A stretch of 64,000 nt of DNA from a virus. The notes below the pieces were generated by a model, which did no database searches, was not told the DNA's origin, and saw nothing but the letters and a program-made list of their open reading frames with translations. This document shows, piece by piece, positions 1-9,613 of this stretch; positions within the stretch are counted from its first letter, which is position 1, and every line of letters starts with the position of its first letter. The stretch is from IMG/VR virus record IMGVR_UViG_3300010370_000028, positions 32,001 through 96,000 of that record; one strand, 5' to 3'. The position numbers were made by a program, and so were the translations under genes.

Positions 1-5
1 ATATC

Positions 6-1628
6 ATGTCTGAGTTTGCTAATACAGAAATTTATCTTGAAGGCGGCACTCAAAAAAGCAGAGAATTTTTTACAGAATGGTTTAAAAAGATTAAATTATG
101 GAACTTAAGCGACCAATATTTTAGAGAATATTATAGAAGTGGCAATATCTTTTTATATAGAGTTGATGGTAAGTTTAAAACAGATGATTTTGCCAAATTA
201 GTTAATCAAATTGGTATCTTGGGCAATAATAAAATACCACTTAAGTATATTTTACTTAATCCTTTTGATATTGTCGCAAAGAGAAGTTCTACTTTTGCCG
301 TTGGCGCATACGAAAAGATTTTATCAGAATATGAATTAGCTAGATTGCAAAATCCAGTTACAGAAGAAGATAAGGAAATTTTAGATGCAATGCCATCTTC
401 TGTTAAAAAAGATATTAAAAAAGGGGCATATTATACAGATGGATTAAAGATTGAACTTGATCCAAAAAGATTAACTTATTCATTTTATAAAAAACAAGAT
501 TATGAACCATTTGCGGTTCCATTTGGATATCCAGTTCTTGAGGATATTAATGCTAAAATGGAGCTTAAGAAAATGGATCAAGCAATTACTCGTACTGTAG
601 AAAACGTTATTTTGTTAATTACTATGGGCGCTGAACCAGATAAAGGCGGCATTAATGCTCAAAACTTATCTGCAATGCAAAGTTTATTTAAAAATGAAAG
701 CGTTGGAAGAGTATTAGTTTCAGACTATACAACAAAAGCAGAATTTGTTATACCAGATTTAGGAAAAGTTTTAGGTTCTGAAAAATATAAAGTTTTAAAT
801 GAAGATATTAAACAAGGTCTTCAAAACATTGTTATTGGTGAAGAAAAATATAGCGCTACAGAAGTTAAAGCTCAAATATTTATTGATAGATTAAAAGAAT
901 CTAGAAATGCATTCTTAAATGATTTCTTACAAGTCGAAATTAATAGAATAGCTAAAGAATTAGGATTTAGATCGTTTCCAACAGCAAAGTTTAGAGATAT
1001 TGATATGAGAGATCAAACTCAACTTATGCGCATTACAACAAGGCTTATGGAGCTTGGTGTTCTTACTCCACAACAAGGTATGGATATGTTCCATACTGGT
1101 CAATTCCCAAAAGCAAAAGATATTTCGCCAGCGCAAAATACATTTAATGAAGAGAGAAAAGATGGTTACTATAACCCATTAGTTGGTGGCGTTCCATTGA
1201 TTTCTCCAGGTGGAGAAGATGGTGAACAAGTTCAAAAAAATACTACTAATAAAGTAGCTGGAAGACCAGAAGGTACAACTGGAATTCCTTTAGTAAAAGG
1301 AAATTATTCAGTAAAAGATATTCAATCAGTAGTAAATAAAATTGAAAAAACACGCGCTACTATTTCAACTAGTTTAAAGAAAAAACTTAATATCAAGAAG
1401 TTTAATGAACAACAACAAGACATGTTGAATAAGTTATGTGAAGCTGTTGTAGTTTCAAGTGATATAGAAACTTGGGAATCAATAGCAAATTCCTGTGTAA
1501 ATAATTTTGATAATATCGCTTCATTAAATACTATGCCAGATATTTTATCTATATTGGCAGAACATCAATTAGAAGATGATTACTCAGCAGCAATTTTATA
1601 CCATTCTCAAAAAATAAATGAAAATTAA
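6..1628 (+). CDS. Portal protein (5' end probably outside the window)
   Basis: Frame is open to the window edge. Portal-like segments (REYYRSGNIFLY, YEPFAVPFGYPVLEDINAK, ELGVLTPQQG, C-terminal GRPEG). First gene of the head module. Confidence 0.8.
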   Translation: MSEFANTEIYLEGGTQKSREFFTEWFKKIKLWNLSDQYFREYYRSGNIFLYRVDGKFKTDDFAKLVNQIGILGNNKIPLKYILLNPFDIVAKRSSTFAVGAYEKILSEYELARLQNPVTEEDKEILDAMPSSVKKDIKKGAYYTDGLKIELDPKRLTYSFYKKQDYEPFAVPFGYPVLEDINAKMELKKMDQAITRTVENVILLITMGAEPDKGGINAQNLSAMQSLFKNESVGRVLVSDYTTKAEFVIPDLGKVLGSEKYKVLNEDIKQGLQNIVIGEEKYSATEVKAQIFIDRLKESRNAFLNDFLQVEINRIAKELGFRSFPTAKFRDIDMRDQTQLMRITTRLMELGVLTPQQGMDMFHTGQFPKAKDISPAQNTFNEERKDGYYNPLVGGVPLISPGGEDGEQVQKNTTNKVAGRPEGTTGIPLVKGNYSVKDIQSVVNKIEKTRATISTSLKKKLNIKKFNEQQQDMLNKLCEAVVVSSDIETWESIANSCVNNFDNIASLNTMPDILSILAEHQLEDDYSAAILYHSQKINEN

Positions 1629-2034
1629 TCCAGAAGACATCAAAGTGCCACTTGAAAAAATAGTGGAAGTTAAAAACGGAGAAATCCAAGTATCTCTTGC
1701 TAAAATGGCAGACAAAAAAGCTGCAGTATATAAATCATTTATGAGTGCATGTGCATCAGATGATAAAGCTCTTGTTGATACAACTGATATGGATGATGAA
1801 TCAACTATGAAAGCTTGCATGGTTCAATTTGATAAAATGCAAGGTATGCTTATGGAAGAAAGTGATTCTGGAGAATTAACTCCTGCTCAGAAAAAACTTC
1901 CATCAGCACTTCAAAAAGCTCTTCTTGAAAAAATGGACAAGCCTTCAGATCCTGCTTCTCATGAAAATCAAGAAACAGAAGAAGAAGAAAAAATGGAAGA
2001 GGGCGAAGATGATGAAGAAGAAAAAGAAGGTTAA
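1618..2034 (+). CDS. Acidic hypothetical protein, possibly a head-internal protein
   Basis: 138-aa ORF between portal and protease; acidic tail; LTPAQKKLPSALQKAL segment. Confidence 0.6.
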   Translation: MKINPEDIKVPLEKIVEVKNGEIQVSLAKMADKKAAVYKSFMSACASDDKALVDTTDMDDESTMKACMVQFDKMQGMLMEESDSGELTPAQKKLPSALQKALLEKMDKPSDPASHENQETEEEEKMEEGEDDEEEKEG

Positions 2035-2043
2035 TTTTTAAAT

Positions 2044-3618
2044 ATGAAGTATAAATACACCACAAAATTTGAAGCCCCAATATATTCTTGCGCGATTGGT
2101 GATGAAACATTTATTTCTAAAGCGTCTTTAGAGAATTTAAAACCATTAATTCCACAAGATATAGATTTCTCAGAAAATATTGATTTGCTTGCTGTTGCTT
2201 TTAATGCTGCTGTAGTAAATAAATTCAATAAAAATGATGATGGCATGGATACAGAAACTGCCACGAGGGTAGTTAAAAACTTTATTCATAAACCAACAAA
2301 TATTGAACATGAAAAAAGCAAAATTGTAGGACATATCGTATCTGCTGGATTTAGCGAATATGGTAATGACAACAAAATGCTTTCAGTTGAAGAGATTAAA
2401 GATCGTTTAGATCCATTTAATATTTCCCTTGGAGCAGTTGTTTATAAATATGCAAACAAAGATTTTGCGAAGTTAATAGAAAGGTCTGTAGATCCAGAAG
2501 ATTCTTTATATCAACATATATCTACAAGTTGGGAAGTTGGTTTTAGTGATTATGTAATTGCCGTTGGCGGTAATGATTTAAAAGATGCAGAGATTATTAA
2601 GAACCCAAAACATTTTGAAGAAATGAGAGCTAAACTTAGAGCTTATGGTGGTTCTGGTAAATTAGATGATGGATCAAAAGTTTATAGATTATTAAGAGGT
2701 GATATTTATCCTCTTGGTATTGGGTTTACAACTACTCCTGCCGCAGATGTTAAGGGTCTTTATTCTTCACAAGATGATTCTACTAACGTAGAAATAAAAG
2801 ATAAAAGAGATAAAAAAACATACTTTCAAATTAAAAAACCTGAATTAACTGAAAAAGTTGAGTCAAAAATTTCACAAAATAAAAATATTAATGTAAAAAA
2901 CAAAAAAGAAATCATTATGGATATTGAACAAGTACTTTCCGAATTGAAGGATCTTCTCATTGAAAAGAAATTTTCTGAAGAAGCAGTTGCTAATATGACC
3001 AGCACATTTGCTGATGCTATTAAGCAAAAAGATACAGAATACCGCGAATCTCTTACTAAAGCTGATGAAGAAAAAGAAGCTTTAGCAAAAGAGAGAGAAG
3101 AACTCAAGGCTTCTATGGAAGAAGTTCGCAAGCAACTTGCTGATGCAAGTGAAAAGCTTGCTGAATTTGAAGCTTCCAAAAAGGCTGATGAAGCACTTGC
3201 TCGTTTCAACGCTCGCATGGAATCTGTTGATCAATCATACGACCTTGATGATGAAGATCGTCAACTTTTAGCTCAAGAGTTAAAAGAAATCGGTGAAACA
3301 GAAGAAGCATTTGCTTCATTCCAAAACAAACTTTCCATCATGTGGAAGCATAAGAACAAAGAAGCTAAGGCAGCTATCGAAAAATCAATCCAAGATAAGA
3401 TTGATGAAGAAGTTGCTAAGAAACTTGCTAAAATGCAAGAGTCAAAGGCTTCAATCGAACCAGAATCAGAAGAAGAAGTAATTAAAGAGGCTATTGAAAA
3501 CTCAGAAGTTGCAGAAGCTGGAATTTCCAGTTCAAATGAAGAGTCTTCTCGCCAACCTGCTTCACTCCGTGACAAGTTCGCATCAGCTTTCAATCGTGAA
3601 AATATCATTATTTCCTAA
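2044..3618 (+). CDS. Prohead maturation protease fused to a coiled-coil scaffold
   Basis: N-terminal half has NKNDDG, NIEH..IVGH, STSWEVGF and GIGFTTTPAA motifs of HK97/assemblin-fold proteases. C-terminal half is E/K/A-rich coiled coil. Lies upstream of the capsid genes. Confidence 0.8.
   Translation: MKYKYTTKFEAPIYSCAIGDETFISKASLENLKPLIPQDIDFSENIDLLAVAFNAAVVNKFNKNDDGMDTETATRVVKNFIHKPTNIEHEKSKIVGHIVSAGFSEYGNDNKMLSVEEIKDRLDPFNISLGAVVYKYANKDFAKLIERSVDPEDSLYQHISTSWEVGFSDYVIAVGGNDLKDAEIIKNPKHFEEMRAKLRAYGGSGKLDDGSKVYRLLRGDIYPLGIGFTTTPAADVKGLYSSQDDSTNVEIKDKRDKKTYFQIKKPELTEKVESKISQNKNINVKNKKEIIMDIEQVLSELKDLLIEKKFSEEAVANMTSTFADAIKQKDTEYRESLTKADEEKEALAKEREELKASMEEVRKQLADASEKLAEFEASKKADEALARFNARMESVDQSYDLDDEDRQLLAQELKEIGETEEAFASFQNKLSIMWKHKNKEAKAAIEKSIQDKIDEEVAKKLAKMQESKASIEPESEEEVIKEAIENSEVAEAGISSSNEESSRQPASLRDKFASAFNRENIIIS
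2917..3618 (+). CDS. Putative nested in-frame scaffold protein (MDIEQVLSELK...)
   Basis: In-frame ATG at 2917 with an A-rich leader like those at 3651 and 4316; ATGTAA at 2891; codon usage shifts at this point. Confidence 0.55.
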   Translation: MDIEQVLSELKDLLIEKKFSEEAVANMTSTFADAIKQKDTEYRESLTKADEEKEALAKEREELKASMEEVRKQLADASEKLAEFEASKKADEALARFNARMESVDQSYDLDDEDRQLLAQELKEIGETEEAFASFQNKLSIMWKHKNKEAKAAIEKSIQDKIDEEVAKKLAKMQESKASIEPESEEEVIKEAIENSEVAEAGISSSNEESSRQPASLRDKFASAFNRENIIIS

Positions 3619-3650
3619 TTAAAAAAACAATCTAACAAACAAAAAAACAT

Positions 3651-4286
3651 ATGGCACTTAGAACATTACCATTCAGACAATACAGTGACAACGATGTTAT
3701 TAACATGTTCGCTCTTGGCGATACCTATGTTAATGAAAGCGTAACTGGTTCAAGCTATGGAGATGCTGGAGTTTTCGTAACAGTTGACTCAGCAAACCTT
3801 AACCTTGATACAATTACCTATGATAGCACATACGATTCCTATCTTGGTAAAACCAATTATCCATTCGTTGGAGCTAATCAATATCCAAAGGTCAGCCTTA
3901 CAGTTAAGCCAGCCGCTTCAGGTTCAGCTTGCTTTGGTATGACACTTCGTCAAACCGCAAAATTCGACGAAAACGGCGAAAAACTCCTCTATTACCCACA
4001 AAAAGCTGAAGAGCTTATGTGCGTACTTCCAGGACAATCCGTTCCAGTTGCTACTCGCGGAGTATTCACTTTAACAAGCACAGCTTATGATGGCTCACTC
4101 ACAGTTGGTGGTGGTGTAAAACTCTCCACAACTAGCGGTAAGCTCACAGGCTGCACAGTTACCGACACCGCAAAAGTTGGTTTAGTTATTGCTACTGGCT
4201 CACGTGTTGCAGCTACAGCAATCGATCAATTCGCAGGTGCTGCTGGATCAACAGGAACCTATGCAATCATTGGTCTTGGATTATAA
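3651..4286 (+). CDS. Capsid decoration/cement protein
   Basis: Immediately upstream of the major capsid gene; G/T/S/V-rich beta composition (VPVATRGVFTL); high-expression codon bias. Confidence 0.65.
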   Translation: MALRTLPFRQYSDNDVINMFALGDTYVNESVTGSSYGDAGVFVTVDSANLNLDTITYDSTYDSYLGKTNYPFVGANQYPKVSLTVKPAASGSACFGMTLRQTAKFDENGEKLLYYPQKAEELMCVLPGQSVPVATRGVFTLTSTAYDGSLTVGGGVKLSTTSGKLTGCTVTDTAKVGLVIATGSRVAATAIDQFAGAAGSTGTYAIIGLGL

Positions 4287-4315
4287 TTTAACCCCTTAAT
4301 AAAAGAAGAAAAACT

Positions 4316-5437
4316 ATGAAAATTACTTTAAAAAGAACTCCAGAACAAGTCGAGTTAATTAAGGCTATGGCTTCAAAGAACCGTGCGGTTGCAGTTGAAG
4401 CTCAGGTTGCACTTGCTGAATTCATCGGACCAGTATTGGCTGAGGTTATCAACAACGCTCCTACCCTTAGTAACTTATTCACAAGCCTTCAGTTTAATGC
4501 TGATGACAATCCAAGCATTCCGCTTGATCTCTATTATGACATCACAGCTGAAGACTATATCACTGTTTACAGCCAAAGCGTAGCTGGTGGTCTTCCACAG
4601 AACCAAGTTCTCCCAACTGTTTCTGAAATGAAGATCGCTACATATACTCTTGACTCAGCACTTAGCTTTGACAAGCGTTATGCTGCTAAGAGCCGCATGG
4701 ATGTAGTTAGCAAGACCTTTACTCGTATGGCTCAAGAAATCCTTCTTAAGCAAGAGAAGACCTCTGCTAACCTTATCCTTAGCGCACTTGCTGCTGCTCA
4801 AACAAATGGTAAGCAACACGTACAACGCGCCAATACAAATGGCCGTTTCCTTCTTGCTGACCTTAACGAACTCTTCACCCTTTCCAAGAGAATCAATACC
4901 TCATGGCTCAAGGGAACTCCAGAAGCACGTGGTGGACGTGGTATCACTGACCTCATTGTTTCTCCAGAAGTTGTTCAAGAGCTTCGTGCAATGGCTTACA
5001 ATCCAATCAACACTGTTGGAAGCAAGACTGATATTCCAGCTACCGATGAAATGAGAACAGCTGTTTATAACAACGCAGGTATTCCTGAGTTTTATGGAGT
5101 TGCTATCATGGAAATCAATGAGCTTGGCCGTGGTCAGCGTTTCAACACAATCTTTGATAACGTTTCTTCACAAAGCTACACAACCGCCGCTGGTGGCAGC
5201 TCCGCTGCATTCAATGGTGCTAATGAAGAAATCATCATTGGTCTTGACCGTGGACGTGAGTCCCTTATCCGTGCAGTTGCCGTTGATTCTGAGAATGGTT
5301 CTGAATTCAGCCTTACCGCTGATGACCAGTACAGCATCCGTCAGAACAAGATCGGTTACTTCGGTTCACTTGAAGAAGGACGTATGGTTCTTGACAATCG
5401 CGCTCTCGTTGGCAAGATTGTTTCTGGCCTCGCTTAA
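4316..5437 (+). CDS. Major capsid protein (HK97 fold)
   Basis: 373 aa, follows the scaffold and decoration genes, ITDLIVSPE motif, strong C-ending codon bias, followed by a strong terminator. Confidence 0.85.
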   Translation: MKITLKRTPEQVELIKAMASKNRAVAVEAQVALAEFIGPVLAEVINNAPTLSNLFTSLQFNADDNPSIPLDLYYDITAEDYITVYSQSVAGGLPQNQVLPTVSEMKIATYTLDSALSFDKRYAAKSRMDVVSKTFTRMAQEILLKQEKTSANLILSALAAAQTNGKQHVQRANTNGRFLLADLNELFTLSKRINTSWLKGTPEARGGRGITDLIVSPEVVQELRAMAYNPINTVGSKTDIPATDEMRTAVYNNAGIPEFYGVAIMEINELGRGQRFNTIFDNVSSQSYTTAAGGSSAAFNGANEEIIIGLDRGRESLIRAVAVDSENGSEFSLTADDQYSIRQNKIGYFGSLEEGRMVLDNRALVGKIVSGLA

Positions 5438-5453
5438 TTCAAGCTATAAATTT

Positions 5454-5487
5454 AAGAGTCACCCTGAAAGGGGTGACTCTTTTTTTT
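5454..5487 (+). terminator. Rho-independent terminator after the capsid operon
   Basis: AAGAGTCACCC-TGAAAG-GGGTGACTCTT followed by a T-run. Confidence 0.9.
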
Positions 5488-5507
5488 GTTTAAATTTCCA
5501 GTATTAA

Positions 5508-5516
5508 TGGTATAAT
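5508..5516 (+). promoter_or_regulatory. Extended -10 promoter element (TGGTATAAT)
   Basis: TGn-TATAAT ends 5 nt before ATG 5522. Confidence 0.5.
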
Positions 5517-5521
5517 ATAGT

Positions 5522-5974
5522 ATGGCTAGAAAAAAGAAAATTGAAATTACTAATGGCTTGGAACAAGTAAACGATGTAGCTGTTGGTTCAACAGAAAAGA
5601 AAACATTAGTTCAAGAAATAGATGAAATGAGAGCTTCTGGTAAGGTGGGAACTCCAGAATTTGTTGGTAAAATGAGGGAACTTGAGATCCTATTGGGAGT
5701 ATCAGAGATTAGTCCATTTGGTACAAATGAACTTGAAGTATTTGAAGCGAATTTAAGAGAAATGTCTCTATCTGAAATGCAAAAGGTTGCCCAAAAGGTT
5801 GGGCTTAATCCGTTTCACGACCAAGTAACATTAAAAAATATTTTAATTAAAGAGTTTAAAGCATCCACGAGAAATAGCCGCAGAAACATTATGCCTACCA
5901 TGATGGAGAGCTTTAAAATTGATCCAAATAATCCAAAACACAAGGAATTACTTAAAATACTTAATGATATTTAA
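5522..5974 (+). CDS. Hypothetical protein
   Basis: 150-aa ORF; helical segment LSEMQKVAQKVGL resembles small Rho-N/SAP-like helical domains (weak). Confidence 0.6.
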   Translation: MARKKKIEITNGLEQVNDVAVGSTEKKTLVQEIDEMRASGKVGTPEFVGKMRELEILLGVSEISPFGTNELEVFEANLREMSLSEMQKVAQKVGLNPFHDQVTLKNILIKEFKASTRNSRRNIMPTMMESFKIDPNNPKHKELLKILNDI

Positions 5975-5980
5975 GTGTAA
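5975..5980 (+). promoter_or_regulatory. GTGTAA putative late-promoter motif
   Basis: 8 nt upstream of ATG 5989; recurrent motif. Confidence 0.6.
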
Positions 5981-5988
5981 TATAAAGT

Positions 5989-6450
5989 ATGAGTGTAATT
6001 GCGGACTTATCTTTAAAAATATTTCAGACAGAATTTGATAGTGATACTGGCATTATGCCACGTTCTCATATCTCAGGATGGTTAGATGCTAACCTTGGAC
6101 AATTAAATACATTATTAAATACTTCTTATAGTGGTTCAGATGCAGAGCTTGATTTAGAATCTCAAGCTATTTATAAAGAGCTATATTTAGCTAGTTATTA
6201 TAGAAAGCAATCTAGAAACGCATTAAGGGGTTTGGTTGATTCTAATGGTGGTGGTGGAGACATATTGAGCCTTAGAGATGGCAATAGCTCTGTTACATTC
6301 ACCAATAAAAATGAAGTGGCAAAGGTCTATAAAAGCATGGCTGATGACGCTGAAGTGCGTTTAAATCAACTTGTTGCAAAGTATAATATATATCAATCAC
6401 AACCGCTTCAATTGGGTGGTATTGAAACTAATTTAGATATTTATTATTGA
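5989..6450 (+). CDS. Putative head-tail adaptor/connector
   Basis: 153 aa; helical N-terminus then SLRDGNSSVTF beta hairpin typical of adaptors; synteny. Confidence 0.55.
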   Translation: MSVIADLSLKIFQTEFDSDTGIMPRSHISGWLDANLGQLNTLLNTSYSGSDAELDLESQAIYKELYLASYYRKQSRNALRGLVDSNGGGGDILSLRDGNSSVTFTNKNEVAKVYKSMADDAEVRLNQLVAKYNIYQSQPLQLGGIETNLDIYY

Positions 6451-6472
6451 TTTTTTATTTAAATTTATATAT

Positions 6473-6504
6473 AAAAAAAGAGGCTGATTTCTCAGCCTCT
6501 TTTT
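6473..6504. terminator. Bidirectional intrinsic terminator
   Basis: AAAAAAAGAGGCTGA-TTTC-TCAGCCTCTTTTT between convergent genes. Confidence 0.9.
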
Positions 6505-6531
6505 ATTTATTAGGGTTTTATATTAGCTGTA

Positions 6532-7632
6532 TTAGCTAAAGATTGTGTTAGTGAAACTACCGCTCATTTGGATACCATTTGAAGTATCGTTAGCGCCACC
6601 GATTTGAGTAGTGAATGTTAAGTCAACTGTTTTATTAGCACCAATTGAGCTTGAAAGACCAAGTGAATCAAGTTGAGCGCGTTTTACAGTATATTTAACG
6701 GCTGGAGTTGATGTACCTGGCTTATTAACAGTAATTGTGATATCTTGTTTTGGATTAGCTTCAACAAGATCAACAAGGCTTCCTTGGCTTGTTTCACTTT
6801 GTACACCATTAACAGTAAGAGTTGCTGTAATTGGGAAGTCAACAGTACGAACGAATGCAAATTTTGAACCAAGTCTTTCAATTGGAGTACGTCCAAGTGG
6901 AAGAGAAAGGCTTGCGCTTTGTAAGTGAAGCTGACTTAATTCTGTTGCACCACCAACACCAGTTCCAGTAAAGCTACCAAACGAAATGGTAACATCTCCT
7001 GGACGTAAGGCATTAACAATGTTAGTTCCAGTATTACCATTTGGATTGGCGAGAAGAATTGAGGTTCCAACTTTAGTTCCATCTGCTTGGTTGATTGCTG
7101 CGTTAGTACCACTGTTTGTTCCAGAAATTGTGAAAGCATTCATATTTGAACCTTCCATTGAAGCTGAAACAGTTGGAATATTTCCTACTGATAAGTCAAC
7201 GGTATAATCAGTAAGGTAAGCGTTACCAATACCGATTACAGATTTTCCAGCAAGACTAGATTCTGAATTTAAGTCTGCACCTTCGCTTGTGGTTACGATG
7301 TAAAAGTTTTGACCGCTTCCGTCTGTTAATTGTCCAGATGGGAATTGGCTTGCAGCTTGACTTCCAGTTGAGACGTAGAATCCAAGAGCGGATTCGTTGG
7401 CTCCATCTGTTAAATAGTATGAAAAGTCAAGGGAAACTGTTGGTGATTCAAGAACGATTGAGTCAATACGAGCCAATTCACCGAATTGGTTAACATCTTG
7501 ACGAGCAATGTTGAAATTATAGTTTGCGCTCTGAACTCTGTCTAATTGATAGTGCTTACCACTTGCTGTTGAAGTAGCTTGTTGACTAACATAAAGACCT
7601 TCTGATTGATAAATTACTCTGTTTCTAGGCAT
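6532..7632 (-). CDS. Major tail tube protein
   Basis: 366 aa, S/T/G-rich beta protein (RVQSANYNF..RQDVNQFG, RTPIERLG..RTVDFPI); high-expression codon bias; last gene of the neck block. Confidence 0.7.
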   Translation of the reverse strand: MPRNRVIYQSEGLYVSQQATSTASGKHYQLDRVQSANYNFNIARQDVNQFGELARIDSIVLESPTVSLDFSYYLTDGANESALGFYVSTGSQAASQFPSGQLTDGSGQNFYIVTTSEGADLNSESSLAGKSVIGIGNAYLTDYTVDLSVGNIPTVSASMEGSNMNAFTISGTNSGTNAAINQADGTKVGTSILLANPNGNTGTNIVNALRPGDVTISFGSFTGTGVGGATELSQLHLQSASLSLPLGRTPIERLGSKFAFVRTVDFPITATLTVNGVQSETSQGSLVDLVEANPKQDITITVNKPGTSTPAVKYTVKRAQLDSLGLSSSIGANKTVDLTFTTQIGGANDTSNGIQMSGSFTNTIFS

Positions 7633-7684
7633 AATATTTAGTTTATTAGTTTTACATTTTAATTTTTAAAATGAGAAATTATTT

Positions 7685-8533
7685 TTAGGATCTAGGATAT
7701 CTTTGCTGATGCATCTCAAAATCAATGAATCCAATATATAAATCATTAGCTAAAGTTTTGCGAGCTTTGTCTGTTAATTTAGAGGTAACAACTTCTTCGA
7801 CAAAGAATAATGGGTTATTTTGATTTTCATTTTTTAATGTTTCATATGAATATGAGCCATTTTTAAGATCACCATATTCTGTTAATGGGTGTCCAGTAAA
7901 TGGTATATTCGTAATTACTTCGTTTTGAGAATCTGCAAAAATTGATAATACTCCATCTAATTGATAGGCATTTTCAGCCATAACAACAGCTTTCATGGAT
8001 ATTTTTGTAGTATCTTCGCCGCCGAAAGCAAATGGTTGGTTATTAATTGATTGGCTAGATAAGAATATAGCTGGAACAACCTGATCGTATGGTTGCACAT
8101 AGCTTTGAGTAGAACTGAAAACTCTTGGATTTGAGTTGTATTTTTTGTCAACCAAAAGATCTTCTTCGCCTTCATTAGTAAAGTATATATTAAAATCTTT
8201 TACTGCAAAACTTCCTGTTATATTAGCTGTATTAGCAGCTCCACTAACTAAAGCTCTACCATTTTCAAAATCAAGCATTAAATTATTACTGCGAGAAGTA
8301 AATGTATTGTTAATCCATACCCCACTTGGCACATCAGCTCCAGCAATAGAACTATCAGTTACCCATTGTTTATATGGGCTTCCAAAGGCTTTATATCTAC
8401 CATCAAGACGATCATCTGCATAATAGTAGAATTTACCAGTTTTATTTGAATAAGCTTGCCCTTTCTTTAGTAAGTAATTATCAAACCAAAGAAAAAATGA
8501 AGTAGTTGCCCTATGTTGGAATTGTTCGATCAT
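7685..8533 (-). CDS. Putative tail terminator/neck protein
   Basis: Directly upstream of the tail tube; VPAIFL..PFAFGG and terminal GFIDFE strand pattern. Confidence 0.5.
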   Translation of the reverse strand: MIEQFQHRATTSFFLWFDNYLLKKGQAYSNKTGKFYYYADDRLDGRYKAFGSPYKQWVTDSSIAGADVPSGVWINNTFTSRSNNLMLDFENGRALVSGAANTANITGSFAVKDFNIYFTNEGEEDLLVDKKYNSNPRVFSSTQSYVQPYDQVVPAIFLSSQSINNQPFAFGGEDTTKISMKAVVMAENAYQLDGVLSIFADSQNEVITNIPFTGHPLTEYGDLKNGSYSYETLKNENQNNPLFFVEEVVTSKLTDKARKTLANDLYIGFIDFEMHQQRYPRS

Positions 8534-9110
8534 ATAAATTAGTTATTTGTTTTTTGTATTTTGTTAATAATGCTGATATATATTTAGTATTTTTAAATTT
8601 GCCTACATTTATTTTACCATCTACCTGAACAGCTTCTCCAGATCTACTTTTAGGACTATCTATAAATAAATAGTATCCTAAACCAGATATACCAGATTCT
8701 ATTCCTTTTGCCCAACTACGACCAGTTGCCCACGGCATTGGGGTTACAGCAAATATATCTTTTGGTTCTGGGAAATTAATAGTAAATAAACTGCCAGAAT
8801 CTATATTTTTGGTAAAATATACTTCCATTGATTCAAATATATTTAATATATCTTTGATTGGATCTGTTCCATCAAAAAATCCAATAAATGAAAATAAGTT
8901 TCCTTGACCACCAAGAGTACCACTTGTATTGGATGCATTAGGTCCGTCTTGAATTTCTTTTGTAACAGGATGATTTAAAAATTCTTGAATTAATTGATTT
9001 TTAATTATTAAAAATTCTTTTCTCACTATCATTTCAAATTCTTTTCTAAGTAATTTTGGTGATTGTGAGTTAATTATTTTCTGAACATCTGCTGGAAGTC
9101 GTTTCGCCAT
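8511..9110 (-). CDS. Putative tail completion/neck protein
   Basis: 199 aa, basic, SWAKGIESG; lies between the stopper-like and terminator-like genes. Confidence 0.45.
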   Translation of the reverse strand: MAKRLPADVQKIINSQSPKLLRKEFEMIVRKEFLIIKNQLIQEFLNHPVTKEIQDGPNASNTSGTLGGQGNLFSFIGFFDGTDPIKDILNIFESMEVYFTKNIDSGSLFTINFPEPKDIFAVTPMPWATGRSWAKGIESGISGLGYYLFIDSPKSRSGEAVQVDGKINVGKFKNTKYISALLTKYKKQITNLYDRTIPT

Positions 9111-9568
9111 TATTCATCAATTGGTGTTAAAAAGAATTCATAGTATTGATTTGAAAATAATCCCATTGGATTACCATCACTTCTAATTGAGAAAGTTATA
9201 CCGTCAAATTCTACTTTTCTAGCTTCTTTAATATAATTATAACCATCTGGATCTACTACAATTTTAACAGAACCTTGGGGCATTATAATTTTATTTTGGG
9301 AGCCTTTATTAGAAGAACTATCAGCAAAATGTTCTTCTTCTAATTTTAAATAATAAATTCTCGCCATAAATGTAGAAGATACAGTTTCGTATTCTACGCT
9401 TGTAGTCGCTCCAATATTTCCATAAATTGAATTATACTGAGGAGAGCTGGATATAGCTATCTTTTTGGCATTTTTATATACTGTGATTTCTCTAGAGAAT
9501 GTATCATGCAAATCAGCTAAAGCTGAAATGACTTTATTTTGTCTAGATAAATTAATTAAGCTTGGCAT
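9110..9568 (-). CDS. Putative head closure/stopper protein
   Basis: 152 aa, beta-rich (KVEFDGITFSI..YYEFFL); first gene of the neck block. Confidence 0.5.
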   Translation of the reverse strand: MPSLINLSRQNKVISALADLHDTFSREITVYKNAKKIAISSSPQYNSIYGNIGATTSVEYETVSSTFMARIYYLKLEEEHFADSSSNKGSQNKIIMPQGSVKIVVDPDGYNYIKEARKVEFDGITFSIRSDGNPMGLFSNQYYEFFLTPIDE

Positions 9569-9576
9569 ATTGAAAT

Positions 9577-9582
9577 TTACAC
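9577..9582 (-). promoter_or_regulatory. GTGTAA putative late-promoter motif
   Basis: TTACAC on the + strand, 8 nt upstream of the minus-strand ATG at 9568. Confidence 0.6.
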
Positions 9583-9613
9583 TTTTTTATTTATTATTTA
9601 TTAAGGTATAAGG

